NCBI GenBank assembly: GCA_965203985.1
Contig: CBDBDS010000012.1
Coordinates: 211,907 to 275,906, forward strand
Reading direction: 5' to 3'
Length of the DNA stretch: 64,000 bases
Source of the DNA: Dehalococcoidia bacterium
GTDB lineage: Bacteria; Chloroflexota; Dehalococcoidia; Lucifugimonadales; UBA3495
A program made the position numbers and the translations under genes. Shown here piece by piece: positions 63,439 through 64,000 of this stretch. The notes under the pieces were generated by a model. It was not told the DNA's origin, ran no database searches, and was given only the letters and a program-made list of their open reading frames with translations. Numbering within the stretch: the stretch's first letter is position 1; every line of letters begins with the position of its first letter.

Positions 63439-64000
63439 TTACTCCTTCCAGAACCTCTCTTCGGTCCAGCGCCATCCGGCGGCGGTCACGATCTCCCTGC
63501 TGGTTTCGATCATCCCGGGATGCCCGCAGGCGTAAATCAGAGTTTGGGAGCGGTCCAGGTCAAACTTCTCGAGCAGGTCGGCAACGATGTTGTTGAGACG
63601 ACCGGTCGCACCTTCCCAGCCGACATTGCGATCTTCGGTCGGCCGGCTGATCGCAGGGACGAAGGTCACTACGTCGGGATGTGCGGCAGCCAACCGCGCC
63701 AGCTCGACATCGTAGACGAACTCGTCGCGATACGAAGCTCCTTCGATCACGTAAAAGTGATGTCCGTCGCGACCGTAGTGAAGGTGATCGCGGACCATGC
63801 TGACAAACGGCGCGACCCCGGTGACCGTGCCCAACATCAGGTGTTGGGTGGCCGCAGGATCCATCAAGAAGATTCCCTTGGGACGGGGACGGATCGACAT
63901 CGTGTCGCCAATTTCCATGTGCCACATGCGCGGCGTCAGTTCACCTTCAGGCACCAGCTCGACGAAGATTTCCAACAGGGGTTCGTGAGGGGCGGAGACG
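63439..64000 (-). CDS. Ferredoxin-NADP reductase-like FAD/NAD(P)-binding oxidoreductase (5' end outside the window)
   Basis: NAD-binding motifs LMLGTVTGVAPF and IYACGHPGM. The ORF stays open to the window edge. Confidence 0.7.
   Translation of the reverse strand, partial: VSAPHEPLLEIFVELVPEGELTPRMWHMEIGDTMSIRPRPKGIFLMDPAATQHLMLGTVTGVAPFVSMVRDHLHYGRDGHHFYVIEGASYRDEFVYDVELARLAAAHPDVVTFVPAISRPTEDRNVGWEGATGRLNNIVADLLEKFDLDRSQTLIYACGHPGMIETSREIVTAAGWRWTEERFWKE

Noticed and set aside
1-64000. A scan for CRISPR arrays, rRNA/tRNA genes, integrases, phage structural genes, reverse transcriptases and biosynthetic core enzymes.
   Set aside because: None was recognised by eye. The only clear mobile element is the IS at 28959-29840. 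A computational scan (tRNAscan, Infernal, CRISPR finders) would be needed to exclude small RNAs.

Overview
This is a high-GC (by eye roughly 60-65%) bacterial chromosomal segment, densely coding on both strands. It has strong GGAGG-type ribosome-binding sites and many ATGA-type start/stop overlaps. The gene content includes several LLM/F420-type oxidoreductases, two family III CoA-transferases, several SDRs, MFS transporters, DUF4058/Uma2 nuclease-like genes, and an RND pump with no adjacent outer-membrane factor. That mix is reminiscent of Chloroflexota (SAR202/Thermomicrobia-like), but this is inference only. Housekeeping anchors are infC-rpmI-rplT, moeA, pheS/pheT and ribH. Other metabolic genes include a molybdenum hydroxylase (coxMSL-like), a thiolase/DUF35 pair, PrpD/MmgE and an acyl-CoA dehydrogenase. 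No rRNA, tRNA, CRISPR array, integrase or prophage was seen. The most notable observation is a co-oriented gene string at 16609-21081 with two genes that the ORF track splits at in-frame TGA codons. Read-through restores a UGSC/UxxCxxC (GrdB-like) protein and an AhpD-like C-x-x-U protein. Each TGA is followed by a SECIS-like hairpin, so I predict two selenoproteins inside an uncharacterised redox operon. Directly upstream is an array of four HEPN/PaREP1-like paralogues plus a small orphan gene (14427-16599). Other accessory content: a DUF4258 / DUF2283-PD-(D/E)xK module wedged between pheS and pheT; a Panacea(DUF4065)-type toxin-antitoxin pair; an ABC-type ATPase + DUF4276 two-gene module whose second gene is cleanly split by an 882-bp IS5/IS427-type element with a 3-bp target duplication; a tandem acetylxylan-esterase pair in which one copy has lost its nucleophile serine; a row of three MFS genes with about three frameshifts; and three families of intergenic repeats or hairpins. 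All coordinates for hairpins, promoters and revised starts were counted by hand and may be off by 1-2 nt. All family assignments are by-eye motif recognition, not database searches.
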